A DNA stretch of 62,134 bases, the filler included, from Choristocarpus tenellus KU-1152 (taxonomy: Eukaryota > Protista > Phaeophyceae), in the NCBI GenBank assembly GCA_964200185.2. It is 10 parts of 10 records of this genome, joined end to end, with 100 filler letters (N's around TTAATTAATTAA, not from the genome) between each part and the next. Parts side by side here need not be neighbours in the genome. Positions count along the whole stretch, not along the records: positions 1 to 19,876 come from CAXNAD020000438.1; positions 19,977 to 30,032 come from CAXNAD020003181.1; 8 more parts are not named here. The stretch is one strand, 5' to 3'. Under the pieces are notes generated by a model. That model was given only the letters and a program-made list of their open reading frames with translations, had not been told where the DNA came from and did not search any database. Shown here one piece after another: positions 15,271 through 28,538 of this stretch (position 1 is the stretch's first letter; every line of letters begins with the position of its first letter). Both the position numbers and the translations under genes were made by a program.

Positions 15271-18200
15271 TCTAAGGACAGTCGCAAGAGTTTTGTCATA
15301 CTTGGTTCTATTGATAGCACACTAGGTACAAGTGTCTTTGTTAGAAATGTACCTTTTTCGTTTTATTGTATTGTTGTGTGCAACCCTGTGGTGACACACA
15401 GTGATCTGGTGTGTGGTACATTATTACTGAAATGAAACAGTCACAATGGAAGTTACAAGAATCAGAAAGGGGGTAGAGTAGTCGTAGTAGTAGTAGTGGT
15501 AGTATTTTAATGTCTGCGGTTTACACGCTTGTACAGTTGGGTGTAACTTAGGTGTAACTCTAATACAACAGTGGTCTTTATTGAATGAGGGCAGTTTGTC
15601 CTTATGGCTAGTTGGGCGGTGCATCGAAGGTGCTGGGTAAGGGAAGTTGACCACCTGATTGACATGGAGTTTTTTTTATAGAAAGTCAGTGAATGTATCT
15701 TTGTGAGTGTCTGAATATGTCCACTCCCAAGAGTCGTGGTCATTGGTGGCAATTCGTGTGGGTTGGTTGGGTCATTGTGCTTCTATGGTAGTGCGTTCCT
15801 TATGATTGCCTTGATCTATTAAACTGTGCAACAAATACAAGAAGGAAAATACATATATATATATATATATATGAACAGACAAGACTTGAAATGACTGATA
15901 CACACCTTTTGTTATTTTTTGAACCAGGTATGCTGTATACTGTAAAATTTACATGTATGTTACAAATTTGTATTTTGACACACTTTTAGTGAGCATGTTT
16001 GGGACCATCTTCTTTTGTTTCTAATTCCAGTAAGTGTTTTGACTGATTAATAAAATGGGGCTCTTGGGTTTTTGCTTATCTATTTTCCCTGTTTTTGTAT
16101 AGAGGTGGTACTGTGTACTGTCCTAAAACAGCCCTTTGTCACCAACATTCCGCATGAGGTGTTCAACATTGCCCTTTTTATTTTTCTTTAGTGTACACAA
16201 CATTTGCAAAGGTCCACTTCTTTCTGAACAGTTACACATGTACTGTATTGTAGTATTCTTTCTCACCTCAGTGCACACAGTATGCGCCTGATGCCACTTG
16301 ACTCATCCATGTTATTTTTTCAATCATGTCCGGAGAAGACTCACAGCAAGAACACCACAGTAATGTTACTTCGCCACGAGGAGGGGCTGGATCGGAATGG
16401 TCTTCACGCCAGGGACCTCAGCAGACAGTACAACAGCCTTCACAACTACATGTTCCCCTTGTTGCCATGGATGAGCTGCAGAAGAGGTTGGTTGTAATTG
16501 TTGATACTATGTGTATGCCTTTGACGCTTTTATTTTGTTATTGTTTAGTGCTGATTACCCCTAACCCTTGGAGTTTTGTTTGGATGCATTTAGATGAGTA
16601 TGGTGTTTGAGGTGTAAAGGTTAGGGTTAGGGCAGAATAACCAATGGCTACGTATTAGCCCACCTTAACCTGCCTCCCTTGGCCGAGTGAGCTTGGGCTA
16701 CTTAGGGTTAGGGTTAGGATTGGGATATTATGTACCGAGCTGAGGGGGTGTGAACTAGTGTGAGTTGTTGGAAGTTAATTGTGACTGCTCTGTTTGCTTT
16801 TTTTGTGGTATAGCAATAGTACTATGGTATAGAATTGAAACATTGGTCACATAATATTGGCTTTTGTTTATTTTTTAGGTACTTGTACAGTGAGTGACTG
16901 ATAATTGCGTTGACAGTTAATTGGGTATGATCTCAAGAAATTAGAAATAATAGACTGTGGTAGACTACTGCGACCCCCTCCCCCTCCCCCACCCCCCATA
17001 GAAGGTTTGTAATGGATATCTGTGTGCACAAGCGTATTCTGAGAATAAAATGTCAGTGGTTGTGTTGTCATAGGTTCTTGTAGTATCTTGTGAGGCATCT
17101 GCATTCCTGTTGGCCTTGAGCTGAACATACTCCTTACGTATTCCCTGACATTACTGCTAGCATAGACTGCAAACTATATTATGTAAAGATAAGCTGTTGG
17201 TGTCTCGTCCTTGTGTATACATGTACTCATAAATCTCTCAGGGCTGCCTACAATCACAGATGATAGTATTAAATGCGCTAGTGACATCATATTGATTTAA
17301 CCCTAGCCCTATTTTGGTTAACTACCTGTACATTGTACTGACTTTGCCTTTCGACCTTGGAAGGTCCCACACTATTGATGTACAGTACCTACACAAGAAG
17401 GATATGCCTATACAAGAAGGTGTACAATACCTGTAGAAGGAGGAGCAAGACACAAATCTTTAGCAACCAAAAAAAGAGAAGGCTAGTGCATTAGCTGATT
17501 GTGCTGGTCTGCACTCTCATCTCATTGGTTTGATGTATTGATATTATTGTTAAGTATATTTTATTCAGTCAACTGGAGTATTTGTGGAACTGGCTTCTAT
17601 TCTACAGGCACAATCTTGACGTCGCCAGGGGCATGGCAGAGGTGTCTGAGCTGAGGACAGAGGTTGCTGAGTTGTCCACACGTGTAGAGCAGCTTTCTGC
17701 CCAGGAGGTTTTACTCAAGGCCACGCTACGGACACTAGAAGAGGAGCTAAAGGCAGAGAGGTACGGCTGCTGGTGTGACATCTTTGAAGTGTGGAAGGAT
17801 GTGCTGGTTGGTAGAGTAAGTACAGTAGTACATGAGTTGGCAGTTGGGATATTCATGGTATTGTAGTATTTGCAAGGCGGTGTCTTGATTTTTTTCTTTT
17901 TGATCACAACGACATTTAGATAGTATGAGCCATTTTAGTGCAGGGAATTGGCACAAAGATATGTTAGCAGTAGGTGGGGGGGGTCACATCAATAAAATAG
18001 CCTTCATGTCAGGTTCAGCCAATTCTATCCCCTTAATTCAGATGCCATTGTTTAGTATCTCTAGTCCCTCAATGGAGGAAGATTTTCCATTGCCCCATAT
18101 TATCCATTGGGCACATTGCTCCTGTTTTTTGTTGTGTCATACTACTAGTAGTACTACAGTAGTAGAAGTTGGATTTAGGTGTGTGTCAGTGGATGTGTTG

Positions 18201-19876
18201 TGGTTGCTGTATGAAGAAGTGAGGCCGTCTCTTTTGACAGACCTGGAATTGGACTAGGAGGTTACTAGCTCCTACTCTGGTCAGTTCATGCATTTTCAGG
18301 GCTTTATTTTACATTTGATCCTCTGTACGCCTATGGCTTACTTGTTGACGTACAGGGAGCTGAACACAGGGGAGTCTTCCTCGTTGAATGTGGCATATCT
18401 CAAGTCTGCACTGGTTAGGTAAGTGATACCAGCAATGAGATGTTGTGTCAAATCATAGGAGTGTGTCCAGGTTGAAACCACTCGATTTATCATCTCATCC
18501 CACCTACACAGCTTGAGGAATCAAGAAGTTTAGCCTTAGTCTGGGAAAGGTATTGTACTGGAGTGTGACAGATGGAATTTGTTGGGCTACTTGTTTCTTT
18601 TTAGATATTTTTATTTTTATAGTGGTGGTTTCGTATCTTCTTTTTCCTCCAGGATGGGAAGCTTGCCCCTGCAGCCCTTCTGAACAAGGACATTTGTGTT
18701 GCACAGTAGGATTTTCTTAGTATGACCTTTACAGGGAGAAATGATCAGATCGTTAGCTCGGTTTGTTCGACACTATGAGGCTACAGCTTGAACCTTTTTT
18801 ATTTTATGGAATTGTATTCTGTCCTAGCAAGTGGGCTTCAGAATCAATTGCGACTTTTCCATCATCTCTATCCTGTTTTGTTGAAGGTACATGGCCACTC
18901 GAGACACTCAAGAGCAGCGAAGTCTCCTCCGTGTGATTTCCACCATGCTACACCTCTCCCCTCAAGAGACTGCCAATATAGAAGCCCGTATCACTGAGCT
19001 GGAAAGGACAATGGTGAGTATCATCCTGGATTGTGCGGTTCCATTACTGTGCCTCTTTATGCATACTGACACTAGTCAGCATTTAGGGTTAGGGTTAGTG
19101 TGTATGACATCTACGGTTCGTAACTATTACCTGCAAAAATACCAATTTCCGTGCACTAGAAAATCATTCATGTTGGAGCGGTACAACATAGTGAGTTTAG
19201 TAGCTTAGTGGTATGGTGTGGTGAGGTGTGGTGTAACTGATGTAACTGATTTTTGACGTGCACACTGCCAACGGTACCTTTTGCCATCACACCACAATAA
19301 CCACTGACCCTAACCCTATCTTCAATGCTGATCACAGCAGTATTCTTTCTTAGCAATAGAAATTAGAGTTTTTATATACAGCACAATTTGATTGTGGAGT
19401 TACACTCAACAAACTCTCCCGTGTGTACAAGCTTATATCACCAAGAGTGCAGATGAATTGCATCATGGGGGGGTGATGGTTGCACTACTGTGGTTGGCAA
19501 GGCTATATTTGTAGACCAGAGTGCCAAAACGAAGTACTTACCTGTGGATTAGCCAGGTACATCTTGGGTAGTCTTTTATTTTTGATCTGCCGCCAAGCGT
19601 GGCTTCAAGTTTCAACGACGCCTCTTGTTCTTGCTTGGAACTCAGTTCATGCAGTATAATCATTTTTGGCTTATCCTATTTCTACTTGTGGTTGATTTGC
19701 ACCATGAACACCATGAGCAACACATCCATAACCCTTGGCAACTGCCCTTATGCCTCAGGTTGGTCGGGCTGGAAGTGTGGTGGGAGGGGCAGGGAGAAAG
19801 GTTGGTGGTGTAGTTGGTGGCGTTGTTGGATTTGTGTGGAGAGGAGGGGGGGGAGGGCGGGGGGGGGGGGGGGGGG
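606..19876 (+). CDS. Coiled-coil golgin with C-terminal GRIP domain (GCC185/GCC2-like), multi-exon, incomplete at both ends
   Basis: Phase-compatible exons: 606-825, 2419-2523, 3822-3917, 6149-6286, 9126-9305, 9663-9788, 11304-11552, 11997-12152, 12504-12575, 13338-13454, 13813-13891, 14812-14901, about 16339-16486, 17608-17760, 18356-18418, 18887-19013, and 19759 to the contig end. The product is E/K/Q/A-rich heptad sequence. It includes FAKYRNRAHSALK, which resembles a GCC185 motif, and a spliced GRIP domain LNVAYLKSALVRYMATRDTQEQRSLLRVISTMLHLSPQE. Small extra exons near 5542 and 7605 are possible. Confidence 0.85.
876..1155. repeat. Intronic minisatellite, 46-bp unit, about 6 copies
   Basis: Unit TTTACAATGTTTTTGTATGTTTGTGATGTATATTGATAGAGATGTA recurs at 46-bp spacing (915, 961, ...). 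Confidence 0.95.
3250..3370. repeat. Diverged tandem repeat, 39-bp unit, 3 copies
   Basis: GACTCTAATCCAATATGGAGTTGTTCATATCCTGAATAA-like units start at 3250, 3289 and 3328. Confidence 0.85.
5187..5537. repeat. Intronic minisatellite, 56-bp higher-order unit built from four 14-bp GATT-led subunits
   Basis: Subunits GATTGATATTTGTC, GATTGATATATGTT, GATTAATATTGGTT and GATTCATTTTTATT. CATTTTTATT recurs at 5219, 5275, 5331, 5400, 5456 and 5498. Confidence 0.9.
10308..10356. repeat. (CACACTT)n heptamer microsatellite
   Basis: About 7 consecutive units, visible directly. Confidence 0.9.
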
Positions 19877-19976
19877 NNNNNNNNNNNNNNNNNNNNNNNN
19901 NNNNNNNNNNNNNNNNNNNNTTAATTAATTAANNNNNNNNNNNNNNNNNNNNNNNNNNNNNNNNNNNNNNNNNNNN
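19877..19976. other. Artificial contig-join spacer (first of nine)
   Basis: 44 N + TTAATTAATTAA + 44 N, giving stops in all six frames. Identical spacers at 30033-30132, 32829-32928, 35987-36086, 45012-45111, 48585-48684, 51699-51798, 54691-54790 and 59448-59547. Confidence 0.98.
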
Positions 19977-20739
19977 GGCAGGGGGGGGGGGAGGCGGGGC
20001 GCGCACGGGCCGCCGCGGCCGGGGGGGCGCGGGGGGGGGGCGGGGGGGGGGTCGACAGGGGGGTTGCCATGCCCACATTCTGACCCTCGACATGCCCAGT
20101 TCTGGCCTCAACATCGCCCCAAAAGGCCCCTACTTTGACGGCTTGAAGCACCTCGAGGTTGTATCTGATGGTCCTCAATCCCCACTGTTTCTGAAAGCTG
20201 AGGTTGTCAACCCTATTTGATTGTGTGTGTGTGGGGGGGGTTATCGTTCAAATCGGCGCTGTTCTCGCTTGGCGATCTAAAATGTTTTGCGGCACGAACT
20301 TATGGCACAGAGTTTGTATTTTTTTTTTCATACTACGCAACTATGGCTTACAGGGGTGAAATGGTAGCTCTCGTTCACTACCATGATGTTAATTAATAAA
20401 ATGTAAGAAATGGTTAAAATGTACTTCAAGGTGTAAAAAAGGTGAGCTGGAGTTAGGGTTAGGGTTGTTATAGGTCACTTGTGTTTTACTACAATTGCCG
20501 AAGTCAAAGAGGCTATTATACAGATATTATAAATATGTTATACAGATATTATAAATATGTTGGGAGTACAGCAGACACATGATGCAGCACTGAAACTATA
20601 GAATATGCCGTATTCTTCATCACGCCTCCCTTTCTGCATCAACTCCTAGATTGATTCAGGCACCTTCCACCTGCCTTCTCCCTCTATCTTCAACTTCTCC
20701 CCCTTCCCCCCCCCCCCCCCCCCCCCCCCCCCCCTGCAA

Positions 20740-22638
20740 ATGTTTAAAATGTATAGTGATCACTATCGGATGGCTCACGCCCGTGACGGAATCAATGAGA
20801 TGCACCCAGACGTCTTAAATAGGCGCATTAGCATGCAGGAGGGAAAAGAGGGGACCGACATTAACTCTGTTGCTGCTGAGGTGGCTGCAGAGGAGCAACA
20901 AGCGAGTGCAAGGAACAGCTCTTCCTTGGTGACAGCTGCGGGGGGGGGCAATGGTGGAGGAGCAGACACAGCTGAGTCCAAGGCGGGATTAGGGGGGGAT
21001 GGGGTGGAGGTGTCACAGGTGAGGGTCATGGAGGTATGGTTGGCACTTTTGTTGAAGTCCCCCATGGTATTTGCCTAGAATTATGTTTTTTTTTTCCTCT
21101 GTCAGAGTGTACCTTGGTGACTTGTGCCATGTTTTGTTTTTTTTAAGCTTTGTGCCTGTGTGGTACCTCTGTGGTACTTTTGAGTTGTGTTACTCGGTAG
21201 TTGTTGGGATTGGAACTTGGAATAGTATTTTTTTATTTTTTTTTTGGGGGGGGGTGGGGGGGTTGTTTTTGTTCTGGTTTTGGAGTGCTTCCTCTTGTTT
21301 GTTTGGTTGCACTGCACTCATGCACGTTCATCTCGTGTTTGTTTTTTTGTTTTTTTGCCCAGCAAAATGAGATGGAAATGATGTCAGTGAGATGGAGTAG
21401 AATGTACTTAAGCACTTTAGTGACTATGTAACTGTTGCTGGATTGTGTTTCACTTGATAAATTGTATCGATGGTCAGAGTTGGAGGTTGAGGGTTGAGTT
21501 CTTGTCCCTTTCTTGTTGAAGCCATATCTCATGTCATGTACTTAGTCATGTACTTAGTCATGTACTTGGTTGTTAATGTAAAGAAAAAGGTGTTTTGATG
21601 TACCTGTGCCTGGTTTGACAGGTGCAGTGTATTTTGTTCTAGTAGGTATTATAGTGCACTTGGAAGGCGTTTTGACAGCTGGTATCAGGACATCTGGCTC
21701 TTGTCTCTCAACACTTGATAGGTTTCAAGTTCACTCCATTCAGAACCTGTCATAGTTTTGGACTATACACCACTTCATCCACATCCGTGTCCAACAGCAG
21801 CACTCTAAGACCAAGGGATTATTGTGATATCATGTTTTGACTCTGCTGATAGGCGGACTGGTGTAAAACAATGCGTGTAGATGATTTGAATGAACTCTGG
21901 GTAGTCCTTTGGTTGGAAGGGAATATATTGGTGCTACTTAGTCCTTTTCCAGAAGGACTCTGATTATTGTTGCACTGTTTGTTATCATGTTATTATTGTG
22001 TTATTTTTGTGAATTTGTGAGGAGTTATCACGTAACGTGATGCCTACTTCAGAGTTGGTAGGTGTTGCTGGTCATCAAGATCATCAAGGTCATCAAGGCC
22101 GCACATATGCTTTGTTCTGATTGGGTGTTAACTATTCAAAGCAGGGGTGCAGTTTTTTTATTATTTAATCATCAAGAACATTGGTAGGGTTAGGGTTTAC
22201 ACGCTGACTCAACATATCAAGGTTTGAAGTATGGGTTTGAAGACCTTGTGTCACTGATACTTGCTGTGTGTATTGCTCTTCCAGCTGTGTGGTGCAATGG
22301 GTGTGATGTAGAGGTGGAGATACACCCCTTGTGTGTTTAGTGCTTGTCATGGACACCATCATTGCGTTTCATACTTAGTTCTATCCTCTCTCTGTAGTTC
22401 ACCAAACCAAGGGTTAGGGTTAGCTTCACACTTGAGAACTGATACCCTATTAATACTTACATATGTGGTAAGAATGACATACAACATTATATATATGTAT
22501 GAATATATATGTTTATGTGTATGTGATGGTGTTGTCTGTTTCATTACAGATTCAAAGTGTGAAAGGATGTTGACAAATATGTGCAAAATTTGACATCAAA
22601 ACAAAAAAAGTGAATGTGGTATATTTTCTGAAATATGT

Positions 22639-22675
<37 letters not shown>

Positions 22676-25600
22676 TTATTTTTAAACAGTAGATAAATGA
22701 TAGATGATAAATACTCTTGGGCGAAGCTTAGCGCTTCATTCGTAGAAATAAAAATAATAATAATATGGGTGAGTTGCAAAAGATTGAAAAAAATGACTTG
22801 AAATGTAAAAACGACCAAAAACTGGGGACCTCTCATTCATTTTGACTCACTCAAGGTATACCTTTTTGGTATTGAGATAAACGCCTGCGAAATATGGTCG
22901 GTTTCTGATTTTTAAGAAATCTTTTCTTTCTTATTTAAACTGGGAATGAAACCCTAACCTTAACCCTAACCCTAATATATATATATATATATATATATAG
23001 CAAGTGATACTGTTAATCCACCACCACCCCCATGCACGTGTAATTTCCCTCCCCTGCCTACTGTTTCACAGCAGGACCTAACCCTTTCAGTGGGATCAGA
23101 GCTGATGCCAACAGGGGAGGAAGAGAGCTTAGAAGGGGTGTCGCCGGCTCTCTGTTCTCCGGAAGATCTCCACCTTGGAGAACCAGATGAGGCCTTCTTG
23201 CCTGGAGGATTATTGGTAAATGGTCAACAAGGAGACCATCAAGGAGCGCTCAAGGGGAAGGGGGAGAGACCAGAGGGGTCCCCCATTCCACAGAGGACCG
23301 TGCGTAGACAGTTCTCGCTGGACCTAAACATTGCCTCTCCAACTGGGTGTGTACTGTCTTTTAGAGCAGTGTTTTTTTTTTCGTTTTTTTTCTAGGCTTG
23401 GTATGTGTAACCGCTTGCCTTCATTGGATGGAGCGGGTTTTTTTCTGAAGACACTTTTTTTTCATTTTAGTATGCGATCCGCCAAGCAAAGTTAAGTAAA
23501 AAATAAATGAATCCCGGTGGTTTTTGGTATGAATTTGGCAGTAGGTAGAGAGTGCTACGACGAAGTATGATATTCACCGGTGTTTTGTGTAAGTAACTTT
23601 GTGTACACTACCTTTAGGGTTAGGGTTAGGTTTAGGGTATGGTACGTGGCTGTAACATAACTGCCAAAAATAATCAGAATCCGATTCAGTACCGTAATTA
23701 GGTGTCGAGCTGTATTGTGGCAGTGGACAGGGTGTTGTTGGAATATTTGAAAGGCGTGCTCTGAGTTGTTTTTGTTTTTTTTGGCTTTGAATTGCTTTGG
23801 AGCAGTGTATACATGAACGCTGTCAGTTGCAAGAATATGTGTTGTACTATCTATGACTATAGTGCAACAAATGTCATGAGGTTTTTGAGTTTTTTGGGGG
23901 GGGTTGTGGTTTGCAGTGTGATTATCTTCACCGGTTTCATGTAACTGTTTCATGTAACTGTAATTTTGGGATGGGAATTGTGTTGTTTGTTGTTCAGCAT
24001 GCCATGTTGCAGCTATTGTGTCGTTGGTTACAACCTTGCTTTGGCGGTGTCCTTTGGTGTGATTTTGTATGTTCAGTGTGATTTTGTATGTTCAGTGTAA
24101 TTTTGTATGTTCAGTGTGATTTTGTATGTTCAGTTTGATTTTGTATGTTCAGTGTGATTTTGTATGTTCAGTGTGATTTTGTATGTTCAGTGTGATTTTG
24201 TATGTTCAGTGTAATTTTGTATGTTCAGTGTGATTTTGTATGTTCAGTGTGATTTTGTATGTTCAGTGTGATTTTGTATGTTCAGTGTGATTTTGTATGT
24301 TCAGTTTGATTTTCGCTTGGGTATTGACTTTGGTCTTGTCTCCGTGGAGTTTGATTGAGGACTAATCTTTTCTGCCCACTTTCATGGTTCATCTCAACAC
24401 CCAGTACTGTTGAAACTGTTGAAACTGTATACATGTGTTTGTGTGTGTGCGTGTGTTACTGAGAAGAGCTAACCGAATCAGAGAGAGCAAGTCCAGGGAG
24501 GAGCTTGCTGCCATCTTGACCAACTCGAGTCTTGTTCAACTGGTGGAGGTGAGGAAATAATTGACATGCTTTCTGTACTTTTATTTTGTTTTTATAGGAA
24601 AAGAGGTATATCCTTCACCATGTATATCTTGTATAATCTGTCTCTTTTCATATCTCTGTGTTAGTAGCATTCTAATGCCAGGGTGGGGATGAAGGTTTTG
24701 GGGGAGGGATGCAGGTCGTTGGAACAGATATCTTCCTTCATTCCCTTTGGATACATTCCTTGTGTGTTTCTATGCACTCACAAATGGGTGTATTGGATTT
24801 AAGGGATTACCCCCAGGACAGTCTTGTGTATTTTGTGCAGTGTTTATGGTGATGTTGATTGTCGTGCAACTCAAACAAACAAATACTGTGTTATCGAAAT
24901 TTTTAGTAGATATTTTGACGTCTTTGGTTATGAGTATGGAGTTAGGGTTAGGGTTAGGGTTAGGGTTAGAGATATTTTTGACTATAAGAGTGCCTGTGGA
25001 GAGGGGTGGTCCTGTGGGAGTTCAAAAAGATGGAAGGGGCACAAGCAGTGCTCTAGAATGCACTGAAGTAGACTGGGAACACAAGTTGTTGGAACAGTGA
25101 GAAGGTTTGCCATAGTTGAGAGTTATTCACATCCTCGAGTGTAGATATGCTGGAGTTGTCTGGTGGGAGAAATGGCTCTGTTGTTGTATTTCATATTGGT
25201 GTCTTGAATGGATTGGCCAGTCACTTACTACTTACTAGAGGTCATTGTTCACAGTCATTGTTCACAGTCATTGTTCACAATGCAACGCGAGCATTTAATG
25301 TAAATTTTCCACATTATTTTAACCTTGCAAGCATTTGCATTACTGTAAATACTTGTCATGTCCTCACTTATTGGTTAAGGGCACTTTGCTCTATCTCTCT
25401 CTCTGTATGTGTGTGTGTGTGTGTGCTTAGTTGATGAGTTATTTGCTAGATTGAGATAGAATATTTCCCTGTTCTGATAAATCAAATCCTCATTGCAGTG
25501 ATGCAGCTGTATTGCTGGATGAATGCAGTTGAATGCTTTCTGAATATACTAAAATTAAATTAAATTAAATTAAATTAAATATACTTAAAGGAAAATGGTA

Positions 25601-28538
25601 TGTCCCTGGGTTCTGAATATACTAAAATTAAATTAAATTAAATTAAATATACTTTAAAGGAAAATGGTATGTCCCTGGGCAGTGTTTGGCACACGAGTTG
25701 ACAAGATTCATACCTGATACAATCTGTTCCACACGCTGCATCCTGCATTGTGGGCTGGAGGTGGAGACATAATTTTGAGTCTTGCATAGGCTGTGGCTCC
25801 TTATCAAAAGAGTCTACATGTTGTGTTAATTCTTTGACTTGGTGTTGGAGTATCATCATACATGGGTAGAGCTAATATGACACACTCCAAAGGATAAAAG
25901 GACACTCTGAATAGCGGTGGAATGAAGGAATTTTCAGAAAATACGTATTATTTCAAATGCTATTGTACTTCAGGAACTCAATGTTAATGTGAATGATTTG
26001 GAGGGTAACTATAGGGTGTGCTATTTTCATGAAAACACTAGACAAGGAAAAGGGGGGTGTAACTAGGATGGAGGTGCCCTCCTTTTGACAAGGCAAGTTT
26101 TTTGCTCATACTCAGTGCTTGTTCAACTGAGCCAATCTGTTCCATTGACTACAGACTGTGCACCCATGGGCAGGAGCATAGAGGTTGAGAGTTGATGGTG
26201 TCAATCTGCTGAACCTTCCTTTGTGTTTTACTTAGGTTCATTAATTTGACGTCATCCTTGAGCTGAAGCCCACTATTAATTGTGTTGTTAGTGTTACCAT
26301 TGAAGCCATTCTATCTTTTCACTTGTGTCGTCTTTCTCTTCATCTCACTCTCCTATACATACATACATACATACATACATACATAACACATACATAACCA
26401 CATACATAACACACATGCATGTGTTGGTGTGCGCTGTACGAAAATAACATTTTGACTTGAAAAACAAATTCTTGGTGTATGGGTTATCATTTTTGGTGTG
26501 ATGTGGTGGTTGGAGTTAAGATGGACGAGGACGTTGAGCTGGGACCAGAGGTGTTCACAAGTGCACCTTACAAACAAGACACTGAAAGGGAGAGGGATAT
26601 CATGGCCAAGGTGGTGGGAGAGTGGCAGAAGGTATGTCAGAGTATTGCACAGTGGGGTCAGGAGCACTGTAAATGTGGTTGTTCATGGTGACTTTTGTTC
26701 ATACAGGAGGCACAGCTTGCTTTCGCCTTTGTTGGTGCTTTTTGTATTTTCAACCAATCATATGGCCGCATTCTTCCTGATTTGAAATATTGAGCTTCAC
26801 ATCTGTCCTCTTATGTCATATTGGAGAAGCACACGTGCATTTTAATTTAGGTGGAACTCTAGTCTGTGAGCCTGCATGGAATAGCCTTGGTTTGTTTCAG
26901 TAACCCCTATGATTGTTAGATTTGGTAAGTAGATTAAAAAAAAAATGCAATCTGTGGAATGTGTTGGTTGTGCAGTAATGGGAGAAGGTTTTTGAACAAT
27001 TATTGCAACCTCAATAACCATAGCAGGCACCATGAGGACATGGAAACCCTAACCCTTAAATCGAGTCAGAAATAGACGGCCTGCCTTGCTGTGGCTCTGA
27101 GGCATGAGTCTGTTCGTTAAGTCATTTGCTTAGACTATCTCTCAGCATCACTGTGTCGCCTGAGAACAGATACTTGCTGTGCTTCAGGTGTTCTTGATTG
27201 GTGCTATTGAGAGCACTTCCAAGTTGGTCGTGAACTTTTGGAGAAGGATTTTTTTGCTCTGATTGATCAAAACACATGCAATGTAATGTTTCTCAATACA
27301 CCTTGAAGTCATCAGCTGTTCGGAACTCAAGAAATCTTTCTGAATGTTCAGGGAAGGAGAATGTCCAACAGTCTCAGCATGGCAGGCTTTCTCAAATTGC
27401 TCACCCTGTGTCCGAAGGATGCCTAACCCTATCCCTGAAGTTGTGTCTATGCGCCTGAGAGATTTTAATGGCTACTCTTCCGCTCCCATACAGGTTACGG
27501 TGGCATCCACATCATCTCCCGTTCCTGGACCTGACCCAAACGCGGACTCTTCCCAGTCACCAAGCCAGATCCTGTTTACCCATGAAGAAATAGTGGTTCT
27601 GAAGCTGCTCTTCAGTCTGTTTGATAGGAAAGGAAAGGTGCGTTACGTGTAAGGAGGAGAAGTTCAACCGAACATCAAACATCAAGAATCAAGAATCATC
27701 AAACAATTGCTGATCTGTATGACTTGATGGATGATGTTGGCAGGTATGGTCAGGAGGAATGCTGATGAGAAAATCGCATTTGTACTGTAGTCATGTGTGG
27801 GAAGATATTCAGCACACTCAGAAGACTTGAAGTATAGGTGGTGGTTGTGTTGCCAAAGTGTGCTGGTTGTCTTTGTGAGGTTGCTTACCTCTGATTCATA
27901 CTTCCTCTGTGATTTATCTGCCAGAATTTTATAACTCGTGATGACATTGTTGCATATGCCGAGGAGGGTGGTGACTACGCTCAGCTTCGAGAGGTTGATG
28001 CTTGCATGGAGGTATGATAAGTTTTGAAGTGTTAATTGATTTTACTAAGTTGTAGTTGATTTGTACCAAGTGTTAGTTGATTTGCGCGCTTTTTGTTTGT
28101 CACCTTTAGTGGTTGTTGACGAATTACTTTGAAAAGTATCATATAATGCCAAGAACTTTTTTTTAAAGAAGTGAAGAGAGTATATTTGAAGAGAAACAAG
28201 AAGGATACGTGATACTGATAAATGTACACTACTAGAAAAGTTGTACATTTCAAGAACATAAAAGGATGGATTTGCCGTGCAATCTTATCTACACTCTGTT
28301 GATGTTAGCCCTATGGTGTTAGGGGTCAGGATAAATATCATCCAAACGTCTTTGAGTTCAAGAGATTAAGACCCTCTCCATCTTTTCCCCCTTGGCCCCT
28401 ATCCGTGGCACTTGACGGTTACAGGCTGTTGATGCTGATGGAGATGGAAAGGTGGGTCTAGCAGACTACATCAACTTTGCTGCCCGCCTCAAGGAGATAT
28501 ACAACTTGCAAGTTGAGGCAGGGGTCCGATCAGACTGA
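20740..28538 (+). CDS. Protein with low-complexity N-terminus and C-terminal EF-hand pair (calcium-binding), multi-exon, 5' end uncertain
   Basis: Exons: about 20740-21018 (or 21033), 23072/23075-23346, about 24467/24482-24548, 26521-26631, 27494-27637, 27925-28011 and 28425-28538 (TGA). The spliced C-terminus EEIVVLKLLFSLFDRKGK-NFITRDDIVAY...EVDACME-AVDADGDGKVGLADYINFAARLKE has one canonical loop (DADGDGKVGLAD) and one degenerate loop. A further coding-like segment at about 20062-20157 may be an upstream exon. Confidence 0.8.
24057..24313. repeat. Intronic minisatellite, 19-bp unit, about 13 copies
   Basis: (GTGATTTTGTATGTTCAGT)n, nearly perfect. Confidence 0.95.
25538..25679. repeat. Tandem duplication of about 70 bp containing (TTAAA)n
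   Basis: TTCTGAATATACTAAAATTAAATT...GGAAAATGGTATGTCCCTGGG occurs twice in tandem. Confidence 0.85.

Noticed and set aside
15085-15330. Apparent direct repeats around 10-N gaps (also 53260-53410)
   Set aside because: The duplicated flanks meet at poly-G runs and scaffold gaps, which is typical of unmerged contig overlaps.
876-24313. Regular repeats as possible CRISPR arrays
   Set aside because: The units are head-to-tail with no unique spacers, there are no cas genes, and the context is eukaryotic introns.
433-27056. A true telomere or chromosome-fusion site
   Set aside because: The tracts are only 2-4 units long, dispersed, in mixed orientation and inside intact genes. There is no long or head-to-head array.
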